In this document: in pieces, positions 16,721-30,891 of the stretch | Layout of the letters: each line of letters opens with the position of its first letter | Position numbering within the stretch: the stretch's first letter is position 1 | Source: the human T2T-CHM13v2.0 reference genome, Homo sapiens | Direction: 5' to 3' (one strand) | NCBI RefSeq assembly: GCF_009914755.1 | Contig: NC_060947.1 | Length of the DNA: 64,000 nt | Translations under genes and position numbers: made by a program | The notes under the pieces: model-generated | The model's database searches: none | The model's input: only the letters and a program-made list of their open reading frames with translations | Told to the model about the DNA's origin: nothing

Positions 16721-17964
16721 TACATATCACTTGATTGGCATAAAAGCTAAACAATAGTGATGATTTGTTTTTCTGAATACAAAATTCAAAATGTCTTACT
16801 ATATTAAGGTAAATGAGAGAGTGAAGTGCTCATTTCTTTAAAACAAACATTTGACAAACATTTATACTTGGAGCTTCTACCCTGTCACGTCATTCTTTTC
16901 TATCTTATCACTTGCATCTACAATATTTTGTTGCTTCTATAAGCTTTCAGATATCATCCTTAAGATGGCGGAGATTGACTGTTTGTCACTTGACAGTTCT
17001 GTAGAGGGAAGAAAGAGGAAGAGATATTTTAAATTCTCACATTTTCCTTAGAATGACAAATGCTCCATGACAGAACTATGCTGGAGGGAATATACATGAG
17101 AAGAACTGTTTCCACACTGCACAGTTTTCTACCATGTTGATTCCAGTCAGGATAAGAGTGATAATTTCTGCTTCAGAACAGTCATGTTGACAACTAGAAT
17201 AGGATGTGTTCATGCTTGGCTTTTATTTAGGAAAAAAAGGATATTATATTACACACCCTTGCTGGAGCTATGTATTTCCTGGAAATTAATATATATGATT
17301 AAATTTTCCAAAAAAACCTCTTTATTTTTCATTTGTCCTGTGACTTAGATTGCACTATTGTTATTTTCTATATTATCATCCAATGTGAAATGGCCAAACA
17401 TATTGTGGTAATTAAAGATATTGTTATATGTGAAGATTATTGTCATTTTATAATTTGACAGGCCCATTCCTATCTTAAATCCTTTAAGAAACTTTCTAAG
17501 ATACATTTGTTTCAGCAGCATGGTAATTTACATAAGCTAGTGTGAACAAAGAACATTAAGGTTTTTTTTTAAATAGGAGCCTCATCCAAATGTCCAGATA
17601 TTTGCAGAAGAGTTGAATGCTTCAGATTAAGGCTTAGAGGAATTTCCAGCTACTTTGAAAAAGATGTTTCAACTCAAATTTATGTATCTGTGAGAATTTA
17701 TCTACAATTATACATCTCAGTGAAAATTCATTGGAATCATTTGTAATCTTTAAATGATTTAGAGGTAGCCTTTAAAATAACTAGTTTTAGTGATATTTGT
17801 GGTAGAAACTACATTGTGAAACATTTAAATATCTTTTCAGTGATCTTACATTTATATTGACATTTACCTAAGTATGTTTCATAACAGATGGTATAATCAC
17901 TTTCAAAAAGGAGAAATTGAGATGATTACTAGTTTATAAAAGTAATATGAATATTTTGTACTGT

Positions 17965-18360
17965 ATTCAGCTTTTCCTTTGTACCTCAAGGCCTTAGCAT
18001 CTGATATTCCTTCTGATTGGGGCATTCAAACAATTTTGGCTCTTTTATTACTCCCATCCTGTTTAACTGCTTTTTCTGGCTAGCTCTGGTTTATACCACA
18101 GGTCTCAGATGATATGTCAGTGTCTCAGATGATATGTCAGTATCTCAGACTTGACCTTCCCTTCTGAATTAGGTCTCTGTTTCTTTCATAGCATCCTGTA
18201 CTTTTCCTTCATCTCCCCAGTCATGATTATGATTATATACTCATTTGTTTCATATTTGTGTAATAACTATTACCTTTACTAAACTGTAATATCCATTGCA
18301 TAGTATCTTGGCACATAATAGATTATCAAAAGGGAATTGTAAGAATCAATGAACAAATAT
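17965..18360 (+). mobile_element. L2 3' portion containing a 20-bp tandem duplication
   Basis: L2-like pyrimidine-rich body and tail; gtctcagatgatatgtcagt x2 at 18102-18141. Confidence 0.6.
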
Positions 18361-18649
18361 TATTATAATATCCAGATTACTAGCATGATTGTCACAATTT
18401 ATATCTAACCTTTACAGGATTTTAGCATATTTCATGAAAATAAGTAGATGTACAGAAAATCAAGTTACTCTTTGTTCTATAATAGAAACAGAGAAGATAA
18501 GCCACAGTGCTTTTAAAACAGAGTATTTGAGCAAGAGACTTTGTTGGTGTTACTTTTTCTCTTTTCTCAATTTGATTTATCTTCTAGGAAAGGATCATAC
18601 AGATTCTTCAGTTCAGAAGAACTCCAGCAACACTTACATGGTGACAACA

Positions 18650-20920
18650 CCCTCTCCCATTCTCTGTTGTTACTCCAAATTTTAATTACTGGTCTCAAAA
18701 CTCCTGTCTTAATCTTAGCAGACAACCTTGGCACTTACCACTGAATGAAAATGAAGGCTATTATGTGAGAAATACTTCATCTTTCTCCCTTTTACCTCCT
18801 ACCACCCTACAAAAAATCCTGCATCCATTCCCTGTCTTTATTCTTTGCCTCTGCTCTTGGGGGAAGAAATTCTTTCTATCTCTGAATTTAATTTCATTCC
18901 TTTCTGTTTTCTCTGTGATATTGCCACATTAGTTATTTCTTCTCTTACCTAGGTTTTTAAAACATGTTTTCTTTGTACTTTATCCTTCTAGATGCCCTAT
19001 GAATATGCTCAAGTTTCTTTCATGTAAAAAAAAACACAAAAGAATTTTAACTCTGCATCTTTCATGGTTGCCTTCTTATCTCTTTACTTTCCGTATTGAC
19101 TGTGACTATGTACTCTAGGTCTCTACATTCTCACCTTCAATTCAGTCTTTTAACCCACTGTCACCTGGCTTGTGCCTTCACCACTTAGCTGAGATTGCAT
19201 TAGCAAAGGTTACTAATGACTTCTTGATAGCTAAGTATAATGGACATTTTCAGATCTGAACTTGACTGATCTTCTGCATTTAATACTGTTGTCTGTAACA
19301 AATCTTTTCTATTTTTATGAATTTTTCAAAGGTAAGGATAATACTTGTTTTTTGTAGAAAATTTAAACATTACAGAGTCATAAGGATTCTTATGCTCACC
19401 TTGAAACTTTATTCACCCTGTGTTTCTTGACTCTTTCTTTTCTGATACTGGTCCAGCTCTTACTACTCTGGCTAATTTCTTAATGCATACTTTGTAGGTT
19501 TTTCATTCACTGCCAACCCCTTGCATGTTGGTGTTCAGTTGGATCCAGTCTCAAACTTTTTTCCACTTGAAATTTCCCTGCAAAATAATTTAGTTTTCTC
19601 TCATGACCCTAGCTATCACTCAGCGACTGCCAGTTCAGTATTTCTAACTCAGATCACTTTCCAAAGTGCCAAATCCCATACATCCTCTTTCTTACATGGA
19701 TAATTGTCCATAAATCTCATAGGCACTTCAAACTTCAGGAGTCCAAAATGGAAACTAGAACCTTTTCTCGAAGTCTGTGCCATTTTCTCTATTACCTAGT
19801 CATTGTCATTGCCTTTGGTCTAATGTGTCGAGCCAGAGCCTTACCCCAGATTTCTTTCTCTTTTTCATCCTTTGTATCCAATTTGTCACTAATTTCAATA
19901 GAATCTTCTCAACATGTCTCATATATTTCTCATTCTTTTCATTCACAGTGTTGCTGTTTGAGTTCAGACTCTTTCATTTCTTGTCTACATGAATTTTTAA
20001 GTGGTCCCATTGCCTTCTGTCTTAACCTGACTTCAATCCGTCTGTCACTGGGCAAATAATTGTCCTTAAACACTCAAATATGACCATATCATTTTTCTGC
20101 TTAAAATAGTGTCTCCCCGTTAGCTTCACTGTAAATCCCACAGGAGAGATTCCAACCACCTTAGCATACCACCCAAAGCCTTTGTTAACTGGCCTTCGCC
20201 TATCTTTCTAGCTGATGTCAGGACTAGGTCTCAAGGGACTGAAATTAGAATGGATTATTCTATTGTAAGTGTCAAGTAACAGAAAGAAGCTGCAAGTTGA
20301 ATATGAACTGAAGTATTTAAGAGTTTTGAATGGTCAAATCAGAGACACAATGATATTTGAGACGTGGTTAGGGTAAGAGTAAGAATGAAAATTACAGAAA
20401 GACCTAAAAGGGCTGCCTATAAATAAAGAGGAAGGAGAATAAGATCAAGAACACAGAAAATAAGATGTTGGAAACTATCACCAAGAGTCACTGAAATGTC
20501 TATAGCATTGAGCTTATGATGGGTAGGTATGTTAGGTTGACTTAAAGGATCAGATTTAAGATGGAGATTGATAGAAAAATCTATTATATGTCTGATCGTC
20601 TTTCTCTTCTATATAAAAGACTTTATTGGCTCTTGTATCAACTATAGGACAAAATTCAAGATTTTCAAATGACCTAAGAGGGCCTCCATATTTAGGCTTC
20701 TTTTTATCTCTGCAAACTTACCTCCTTCCCCCTGCCCTCTTGATCTTTAGGTTCCATCAACTCTAAATACCTGCTGCTCTTTTCTCATGTTTCCTCTGCC
20801 AAGATTGTCCTTAATTTCCTCATTTTCTGGGTAAATGCCTGTTCATTCCTTAAGACCCTATACAGACATCACCATCTCCAGGACACTCCCTCTGAATCCT
20901 CCTTTCTCTCAGAGTTACCC
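18650..20920 (+). mobile_element. Long fragmented L2
   Basis: tcaccacttagctgagattgcattagcaaaggttactaatgac; aggcacttcaaacttcaggagtccaaaatggaa. Confidence 0.7.
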
Positions 20921-20929
20921 ATCCATCCA

Positions 20930-22130
20930 TCCATGCATTTATTTATTTGTTTATTATTGAGAAAATATTTATTGAGTGCTTAATATGGATCAGATTCTAT
21001 GTCAGGTAATGGGAACACCGTGGTGAATAAGATAGGCCACACATGACCTTTACCCTTCTTGGTCTTACATTTAGCAGTGGATACACATGTATAACGCAAT
21101 AATCACAAATAAAATAATTACCAATTTCATAAATGCTACAAATAAAATAAACGATGAACTATCATACAGAAAAATGAGGATGAGGGGTAGACAGAGAGGC
21201 AAACCACTTTAGTATAAGGTTGAGCCATAAAAAGTTGTTGATCTTTAAACTGTTTGTGTCCCATAAAATAGTTTTACATAGTTTAACCTAATGGTTGACT
21301 TTCTGAGGAATTGACATTTAAGCTGAAACCTGAAGGATGAGGTGGAATTGGCCATGCTGGCTAAGCCTATAATTCGGCATGTTCCAGGAACCAAATGAAA
21401 AGAATTGAGAAAAAAGGTGAGTGAAACAAAACAAAAGTAAGAGACAGAAGTAGGGCAGATCATATAGGACCTTATAGGAGATTGGATTTGTTTTTCATTA
21501 AAATATAAAACCACTGGAGTTTTTTAAGATCCCTCTGTTTACAGTGTGGGACTAGAATAAAAGGGAGTAAGGTTGGAAAAATGCTACCTATTAAGAGGTT
21601 GATGTAAGGAGACAATTTGGTGTTGCCTTATTTGTGCAGCTTGGAATCAGGCTGCCTTTGTTTAAATCCTGGATATGCCATTTATTAGCCATGTTACTTC
21701 ATGTTCAAATTTTGAGTTTTACTCTAATTCTCTAAGCCTCAGTTTATCTATCTGTGAAATAGAGACAATGATAGGATCAACTTCATAGGTCTGGCCTTGA
21801 GATTGAATGAGATAATCCATTGCAAACACTAAGCAGTCCTTGACAGAGAATAAACACTTACTAGGTACTAGAGATTAATAGCCCAAGCGAGAGATGATAG
21901 TGGCCTGGGCTAAGTTGATGACAGTATATTTGGAGACAAGTGAATGGATATGAGGCCTATTGTGGAGGTTTAAATATCAGGATTTAGTAATGTATTGGAT
22001 TTGACCGTTGAGGGAGAAGGATTTCTCAGTTATGACTCCTGGGCTTCTGTCAAAAGGAATGGAGAGGGTTGTGTTGCACTTTCTTGAGTTGGCGAAGGTC
22101 TGTCTGGTACAGATTTTAGTTTTATAAATT
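20930..22130 (-). mobile_element. L2 3' region (antisense) with nested MIR at ~21635-21870
   Basis: aaatatttattgagtgctta start; MIR core tctctaagcctcagtttatctatctgtgaaatagag. Confidence 0.75.
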
Positions 22131-22498
22131 TCTCTCTATATACTATATAAAGCAGGAATGAAAGAAAGGAAAAAGTTAAGTATCATACAATGTAAGAGAA
22201 AATGGCTATTAAATATTTTAGGTATCTGTCAGAATCTTACATGAGGTATATAAAACACTTTTAGTTTATATTATGTTTATACCACAGTGTCTGTAATATG
22301 TAAAATTTTAAAATGTGTATATTGTTTGTTCCCATGGTATAAGATTTTGGAAATTTCTACTGTACTGTGTGATAGGCAGTGTTAACAATTAAGCTTATAT
22401 GTTTGTTTGTCTTTATATTAAAGGTGATTTGTAATCATTCCATCTGCTTCTCTTACAGAATGGAGCTTGCTTGATATTTCACTAGATAAAGAATTTAA

Positions 22499-23308
<810 letters not shown>

Positions 23309-23517
23309 CATCAAGAAAAAAAGCAAGAATGAGTTTGCCGAGTTCCCCTGTGTTAGTAGAATTATTTCTGGACTTTGAGTTGCCTATCAAATCCCACTGT
23401 GCCAGTAAGGGGCATAGTGGCTGCTGGCAACTTCAATATACATTTTTGTTTGTTTGCTTGTCCTTCCTTCTAATGGTTAATTCCTCTGAGAGCTAAAATT
23501 CTGTTGTCATACCAGTG

Positions 23518-23538
23518 AATAAAATGTTTGAAATTAAA
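23518..23538 (+). terminator. Proximal polyadenylation signals (AATAAA, ATTAAA)
   Basis: AATAAA 23518-23523 and ATTAAA 23533-23538, about 210 nt after the stop codon. Confidence 0.45.
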
Positions 23539-25099
23539 GTAAAATGTGTTAGATAATGAATAACTTTGACAAAAAAAAGTGTATCTAAGGTTAAATGTAT
23601 CTAATTCGAATACATCTTTGAAATATCACCATCAATGAAACATAAATGTAATTTCCAGACAATTGTAGTTGGTATTTTTGATGCAAGGACTTAATATTGA
23701 TGTCTCAAATTCCTTGCTTTTGTAAATAAGTTTAGTTCATTTTCCTTTTTTCTTTAATGAATCTTTGTTTACATGGGGAAAGAGCATGTGGGGTGGGAAG
23801 GGCAAGTGTTTGCTAATCACTGTGGCTAGCTGAATAGTGTGCCTTTGACTCTTACACATCCTATTTTTGCCAGAGCAGCAGCCGTCCTTTTCTTACTTTA
23901 TGAAATTCTGGGGTGTTGTATGCTGCTTCAAGTGAACAAGAAGGACAGGAGTTTACAGCATAAGTAAGCCCCCATATCTATGAAATTTACCTCTTCTTCA
24001 GCACTGTTTACTATACAGTACTGAATAATATTTAGTATTACAATATTACATGATTTGAAATAACTTTATACCCATTTTGTATGGGAACCATTCTAAACAG
24101 ACCCTGATGTTGTTTGATTAAGAAATATTCTGAAATTTTTTTTGCATGTTTTATACTGTTAAGTTTTAATTATCTGACCATATTCTATATAACTGATGAT
24201 CCTTTTTTAAGATATGATTTATGCTTAGGATATAAGTTTCAAGTTTTTAGTTTCTTAGCCTTGCTATATTAATTTCATTACTGTGTTTAATTGCACCCTT
24301 GCCAAAATATTTAGCATGTGAAAAGGTTTTTTTTAAAAAATATGTAATGCCTTCATATTGAAGCTGGTTACTGTACGCAAGTTGAGTGCCAGACCTCTAG
24401 TACGCCGTATGTTACATGAAACTACTGCCAAAATCTTAGTAAGATTGTTGTTGAAAAGATTGTTGTCTTAAGCATTAATATTGAATTTATATAGAAGTTA
24501 AATGTAGATGATAATGACATCATTGATCTTCCTGTGTCCGTATTTTCCTACAATTTGGTGCCTTGTATCTGTTGCTGATTCACTTTTACCACTAGTGTAA
24601 AAATAAGTGAAAAAATATTTTTACTTTACATTTTTATATATCAGAGTAACATAAATTATAAATTTGTGTCTCAAAACCACCTGTGATGGAGGATGTGCTA
24701 ATTGTAATGTCATAGGTACAAAGTATTTTGGCATGATGAAAAGCTCAATAGCTATTGTTTTTCAATAGCAGATTTTATCTCGGCTACCTTCAATCACAAG
24801 TAAAATTATAAAGATAAAAAACATCTACATAAACATGTTGGCTGCCAAATTTTTTGCATTGGAAATACTGGAATCTCTCATTAAAGTTCTTGGAACATTA
24901 TAGTGATGCCATGTTAGATTACCTTGGAGCTTCATAACTTTAGCTTTTTCCTAAAAATATATGTTTATGCTGATAAAAACTATTACATTTATGGGATATT
25001 TTGTATCCATATAGAGTTTTTCAGAATTGTTCATTAAAATGCTTTTTATAAGCTTATATTATTTGTAGAATATGGCAAAAGCATTTACAGCTCATCATG

Positions 25100-25469
25100 T
25101 ATCTATCTGCTCCTGTTCACTTCCAAACCTCTTGTAGTTAGGCAATGCCATTTGACTACTTCAAGCAGAGGGATTGTAAACAGAAGTGATTTTCTATTTC
25201 CATGTTGGACTGTAAAAAGTTCTGCATGACCCTCCAGTTTTCTTTTGCCTGTCATGGTGACCTGAAAGCAAGATGTTCCAAATGGCATACTTACAAGACG
25301 GATGCAACCTGGGTCCTTAGGTCGCTGTTTAGAAGGGACCTGACTGGAGTGCTGATGGACTTGCAGTAAACTTTTTAAGTGTAAGAAATAAACTGTTATG
25401 TGTTAAACCACTGTGATTTGGGGTCTTTTTATTACTGCGGAATCACCTAACCTAATCTGACCAATAACA
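25100..25469 (+). mobile_element. MLT1 (J/I/K-like) MaLR LTR
   Basis: 3' end agaaataaactgttatgtgttaaaccactgtgatttgggg...ttactgcggaatcacctaacctaatctgaccaataaca matches the old MLT1 terminus. Confidence 0.8.
25387..25392 (+). terminator. Distal polyadenylation signal AATAAA inside MLT1 LTR
   Basis: agAATAAActgttatgtgtt followed by GT/T-rich downstream sequence. Confidence 0.65.
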
Positions 25470-26539
25470 TAGAACTCTAGAACATCTATTTCATTATTTA
25501 CATAAAATAACTCACCTTCTTCTATCACATTCTTCTGTAGTCTACAGATTGACTCAGAAGTGATCATTATGCCATAGCAGAAGGAAATACTCATTGTATT
25601 TGCACTGGTTTTTATGTAATGATTGAGGGAGAGAGTGGTCTACCCTATTTCATGCTTATCAGAAATGCTGCCTAGGAAATAAAACTACATTATTCCGTTG
25701 ATTGTAGTAAAAAAGTTCCAGTAAAGTTTTTGAGAAGGAAATTTTAAAAGTACTCATGAGCACTTGATGAAGAAGAGGAATGCTATTTTTTATATTAATT
25801 ATAGAACTTACAGCAGAGAAAAGTGCTATAGAAATATGGAGGATAATACACTAAATAGATTTAGTTGAACATTAATATGTAGCTTCTAAATTAAAAGCAA
25901 CATAATTTTGTCCCTATTTGAAAAGCACTAAAGTTGTTATTAGTGATCTGCCTATGTGCTTAGTAAGGAGTATAGCTTTAGCTATAACATTCAACTCACT
26001 TTGGCTATGGAAAGGGCAGCAGTGAGAAAGTAAACAAGAAAGAAGATGGGAGATGGGAAAAATTGATACACTCTAGACTCACAATTTAATTTTGATAACA
26101 AAAGGAATTTGAAAGATCTCAGGCTTCAGGTGAAGATTTAGATTGGGGATAAGGAAACAAGAAAATTTAGAGTTCTTGTTTTTTATCTTGTGACAACTCT
26201 CTTGATAATTATAAATTTATTTTGAAGAAAAGTTTCATTTGACATTGTGACATTTATGTAGTCATTTCTGTTTGGCCCTATTTATTTTACAAAAAAGACA
26301 TATTTAATCTAAGATGTAGGTTTGTAACTACGTCATGTCTCATGAAAATATAGACAATCATTCAAAATCACCTATGTAATTTAAAGTTGAACTGACTTTC
26401 TCATTCCTGTCTGAGCTGCAAACAAGGTATGTTCTTTGATCATAGGCTCCAGCACTTTTTCTTGACTCTTCATGCCACTTAAGTTTAATTTGCTTTATAT
26501 TATGTATTTTGTAGACTCATGGACTCTTCGTGTTATGAG

Positions 26540-27190
26540 CCTCAGCTCTCAGCTCAGCACTAGGTTGAAATTTTCATTCTGCCATTTCTTGACATGTGAC
26601 CCAAAATAAGTTATTTCACCACCTCTATGACACAATTTCTTCATATACAAAAATCAGAGAAAATGGTATCTGTATTAAACCATTTTTGCGTTGCTATAAA
26701 GAAATACCGGAGCCTGGGTAATTTGTAAAGAAAAGAGGTTTAATTGGCTCACGGTTCTACAGGCTGTACAGCATGGCACCAGCATCTGCTCAGCTTCTGG
26801 TGAAGGCCTCAGGAAGCTCACACTCATGGTTGACGGTGAAGCAGGAGTAGGCACCTTACATAGTGAGACAGGCAACAAGGGCAGGGGGAGAGGTCCCAGA
26901 CTTTTAAACAACCAGATCTCTTGTGAACTAACTGAGTGAGAACTCACTTGTCACCTAGGAGACGTTACTAAACCATTCATGAAGGATCCACCCCCATGAT
27001 CCAATCACCTCCCACTAGGCCCTACCTCCAATATTGGGAATCACTTTTCAGTATGAGATTTGGAGGGGACAGACATCTAAACTACATCAGTACCTATATC
27101 TAGGATTGTTATGAAAATAAGATAAAATAACATTTAAAGTATTTAAAAATTCCTGGCACATAGTAAATGCTCAATAAATGTGTTTTTTTC
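26540..27190 (+). mobile_element. MIR interrupted by an MST LTR
   Basis: MIR core before 26670 and ggattgttatgaaaataa...cctggcacatagtaaatgctcaataaatg after 27090. Confidence 0.7.
26671..27089 (-). mobile_element. MSTB-like MaLR solo LTR
   Basis: TG...CA ends; gctataaagaaatacc...aagaggtttaattggctcacggttct; 5-bp TSD gtatc/gtacc. Confidence 0.9.
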
Positions 27191-27464
27191 ATCCTCCACC
27201 TCCAATTATCATCATTATCACATATGACATAATGATGATTACATTATTATGATATCGCCACCTTCTATGCTGCATTTTAACTTTTTTAAAAGTAGCGCCT
27301 GCTTCATCTTTTATCTCTTAACAATGATAATACATGGTGTTTTGCATATGATGGGTGTCTCCTAATTTTCATTAAATTGAATTAGTTGAACAAGATTTGG
27401 GAGAAAGGAAACTGAATGAATGTAGTATACTAGATGTTGTGTGTAAGCTCCTTGCCTTACGTTT

Positions 27465-27900
27465 TACAACAGCTGAATTGAGATATAATTCATATACCAT
27501 AAAATTCACTTCTTTAAAGTATGCAATTCAATGGTTTTTAGCGTATTTACAAATACATGGAAACATAATCAGACTTTATAAAAGACATACTATGGCGATT
27601 AAACAGTCACTGCTCCTGCTTTATGGACATATATTTCTGGACCTAACCAAGAATTCCATATAACCACAATGTTAGAACATGTAAATCATCTCAAAAAGAA
27701 ACTTTGTCCCTTTTATCTTCCCTACTCACCCCACCCATCCTCTCAAGCCTTAAGCAACAACTGACATACTTTCTGACTCTGTATATTTCCCTGTTGTGGA
27801 CATTTCATATAAATTGAATTATATAATTATGGTTTTTGTGACACTTCTTTCACTTTGTATAATATTTTCAATGTTCATCCATTCTTTATCATGTATTAAC
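27465..27900 (-). mobile_element. L1MB/MC 3' end with 92-bp foreign insertion
   Basis: ttgagatataattcatataccataaaattcac...; interrupted at 27571-27662. Confidence 0.8.
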
Positions 27901-28871
27901 AGCATTTACATCAAGATAAAAAGAAAGAAAATCTAGTGCAGTCCATAGAATTTCTGCTAGAACCAGGAGAAAAAAATCTTCCCTATTTAAATATGCCAGA
28001 CATCATTAATCCGATTTGCACTGATTGAAAAATACTGATTATACAGAAGGCTATTGAGCGTTTATACTTCTTGGATGTAAAAATGTTTGAATATGAATTA
28101 ATAGAGAAATTGCGTCAATTTTTATGATAGATGCGGATAACATTAACCCAGCACGAGCATGATTTGTGTTCAGAAACTTGGCAAGTTGAAATTGTTTTAA
28201 GGAGAGCATGGATATGCTTGTTTTCCTTCCAATAAGCTACTACTCTGAATGATTTAATCAAGAACTCTAGTGTTTTGAAATGTCTTTTCTCAGAAGCTGT
28301 TTACAAAGATCAAAGATACAGATTATCTCCCTTCAAAGAAGACGTTGTAATCTGCTTTTCTTTAGTGCCCCCACATAGCTTTATTACTTATTTATCTATA
28401 TGGTATCTCATTTTCAATCCATCCACTCACCTTCCCATCTTCATTCAATTACTTTACCTAAATTTGTTTTTAAGATGTGTCCCATTTACCTGCTACCCAA
28501 ACCTTCACAGGATTAATTTATCTGACACTATTCAGATATAATACACAAGAATATATTTTCTCTATTGTAGTCTCTTTACTGACATAAATATTTCACCAGT
28601 ACAACAAACATAATACGAAGTAAAGAACCACAGCTAAGGCCCTATTACATCTGTTACAAATGAACAGGGGGAAAGCAGTGGATGAAATCCATGAGCTAGT
28701 ATAACTCAAAATGATCTTAATAATGTTCCAGTACATAAAAATAAGATAAAATAGAGATAAATATCAACAAAAAAAATGGAGACTTTTCAAAAGACATACT
28801 ATGGTCATTAAGCAGTTACTACTCCCGCTTGATGGACATGTATTTCTGGACCTAACCAAGAATCCTATATA
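27571..28871 (+). repeat. Dispersed 92-bp direct repeat (27571-27662 and 28780-28871)
   Basis: Ungapped manual alignment, 80/92 identical. Confidence 0.92.
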
Positions 28872-30089
28872 CATAATTTCCATAAGTCCAATGATCTTTT
28901 GCAATACCACATAGATCTTTATCTATCATATTCTAGAAGTCATTGCAATCAATTAGCAGGGCAAGATGTGATTATCCCCAATATATAACCATATATGCAC
29001 ATGTATAGATTAACCCTTTAAAAAATTGCTTGGAAATATCTGTCATATACCTGCCCAGCCACTGATAGTAGGCTGTACCAAGAGCATTCCCTGGGAGGTT
29101 GCATCAATCAGAGATCCAATCATTTAACAGATGGCACACTCCAGATAATTTGAAAAGGGTTTATTTACAAAACGGCTATTTACAAAGGTGTTGGCAGAGT
29201 ATAGAAGAACCACAGGGCTAGTGAGTACAGTAACCTTGGGACTAGTAACAATGAGCTATCACTACTTTTAGGCCCAAAGAGACTAAAACTAAGAAAGAGA
29301 GTTGTGTATAGAAGGTCACTTTGAGCTGAGCATAGTCAAATCAACCTGAGCTATCATTAAACAAATAAATACTCTGAGTTCACTTCCTTTCTTCTGATCT
29401 TTTGTCCTGCTTCCCCATTAGCTGAACCCAACTGGAAATCAGAAGTCATGGGATCTCACTGATGTTATCTATACAGGTCAGCCTCCTCAGGCACAGGGAA
29501 GGTGAAAGAAGGATAGACAGTGGAGCTGGAGGGGCAAATGAAATATATACCCAGCACTGCACACCCTTTTTGCACGTCAGCATTCATTCTTGTCCTTTGA
29601 CTGAGTGAACATTTTATGTCTCCATCCAAGAAGTTTCATGAAGTCACACAAGTTTCATATCATCTCAAGGTGATGTCAGTTTGATCACACTGCAAGTAAA
29701 ATATTAGCCACCACTGACATTATTCATTAAAATAGTGATGGGGTATCGGAAGGTGAGAGGAAAAGGAACATAAAACATAGTGCTACATCTTTCTCTTCTA
29801 TAACTGTTCATGAGGCTAAATCGGTTTCCACAGCTACCTTTCCTCTCCATTCCATGTTCCCCTTACCTGCTGCCAGCACCTGGATGGATGGGGTTCTTTA
29901 CCTACCCAGGTGTAACAAACTTTTATTCCTGATGGATCTGAGTCCTTGTGGTCCTGCCTTTATTGGGTTGTTGCAGTTTTCAGTTGACGAGGACAACTGG
30001 ACAAGGGAGTAAATAACAAGAGGCACCCCAGTGAAGTACTTGGATTCTAAACATAATCCTCTTGGTGCCATTGTGTAGCGACAACCCAA

Positions 30090-30891
30090 TTTTCCCCTAA
30101 AATTACAACCAATTACCTAGTCCGATACAGTGACTCCCTTCTGTGCCTGTTGATTTAGTGGCATCAGGAGCTCAAGAAAAGGCCACTGGGGTAGTCTCAG
30201 CTTCCTGCTCATCAAACCCATGATCTGTTTTTTCTTTTTTTCTGGTGGAAGTATTCTTCCCTTGTACACTAGGATTTCCAAATATACCAAGACCAAGACT
30301 GTGAAAATGGGAAAAAAAATGTTCAAGGAAATTATGAACTGTACTATTAAGAAGAGCCACTCCCACCTACCCTTTAATTCTTTGTTATGAAAGAAATTGC
30401 ACCACTTATTGGCCACGTGGTTTAAGCCACATATTGTATCGTTTACCACAGCATCCTAACCTTCCAGGTTTTTTTTTTCTATTTCAAATAACAAATTAAT
30501 CTTTAGTAGGCCATATAAGTCCAGTTAATTCTGTGGGTGTGAACTTATTACTATAAATGTGTCCTATGGTTAGAGATAATATTGTGTGGGATGCCACAGC
30601 AATGGATAAAGGCATTCTATAAGTCCAAGAACAATTGTGCTGACCTATCGCATCAAAGACAAAATTTTCTCCTTAATAAGGGAAGGGGTCCAATATAATA
30701 AATCTGCCACATGCGAACGCATGGCAAATTATACCATATTAGGAGTTCAACGTTGGCCTTTGCTATTAGCAGGTTGGGCAGTCAGAAGAGGTGGTAGCCA
30801 AGTTAGCTCTGGCAATGGAAAGACCATATTGCTGAGTCCACACGTAGTCTCTATCTCTGCCACCATGTACACATTGTACGTTAACCCACTG
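30090..30891 (-). pseudogene. ERVL pol relic: integrase N-terminal zinc-binding region and downstream dUTPase
   Basis: Manual translation resembles HERV-L WAHEQSGHGGRDGGYAWAQQHG...CPIC and WKLRLPPGHFGLL.PL.QQAKKGVTV, with stops and frameshifts. Confidence 0.75.
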
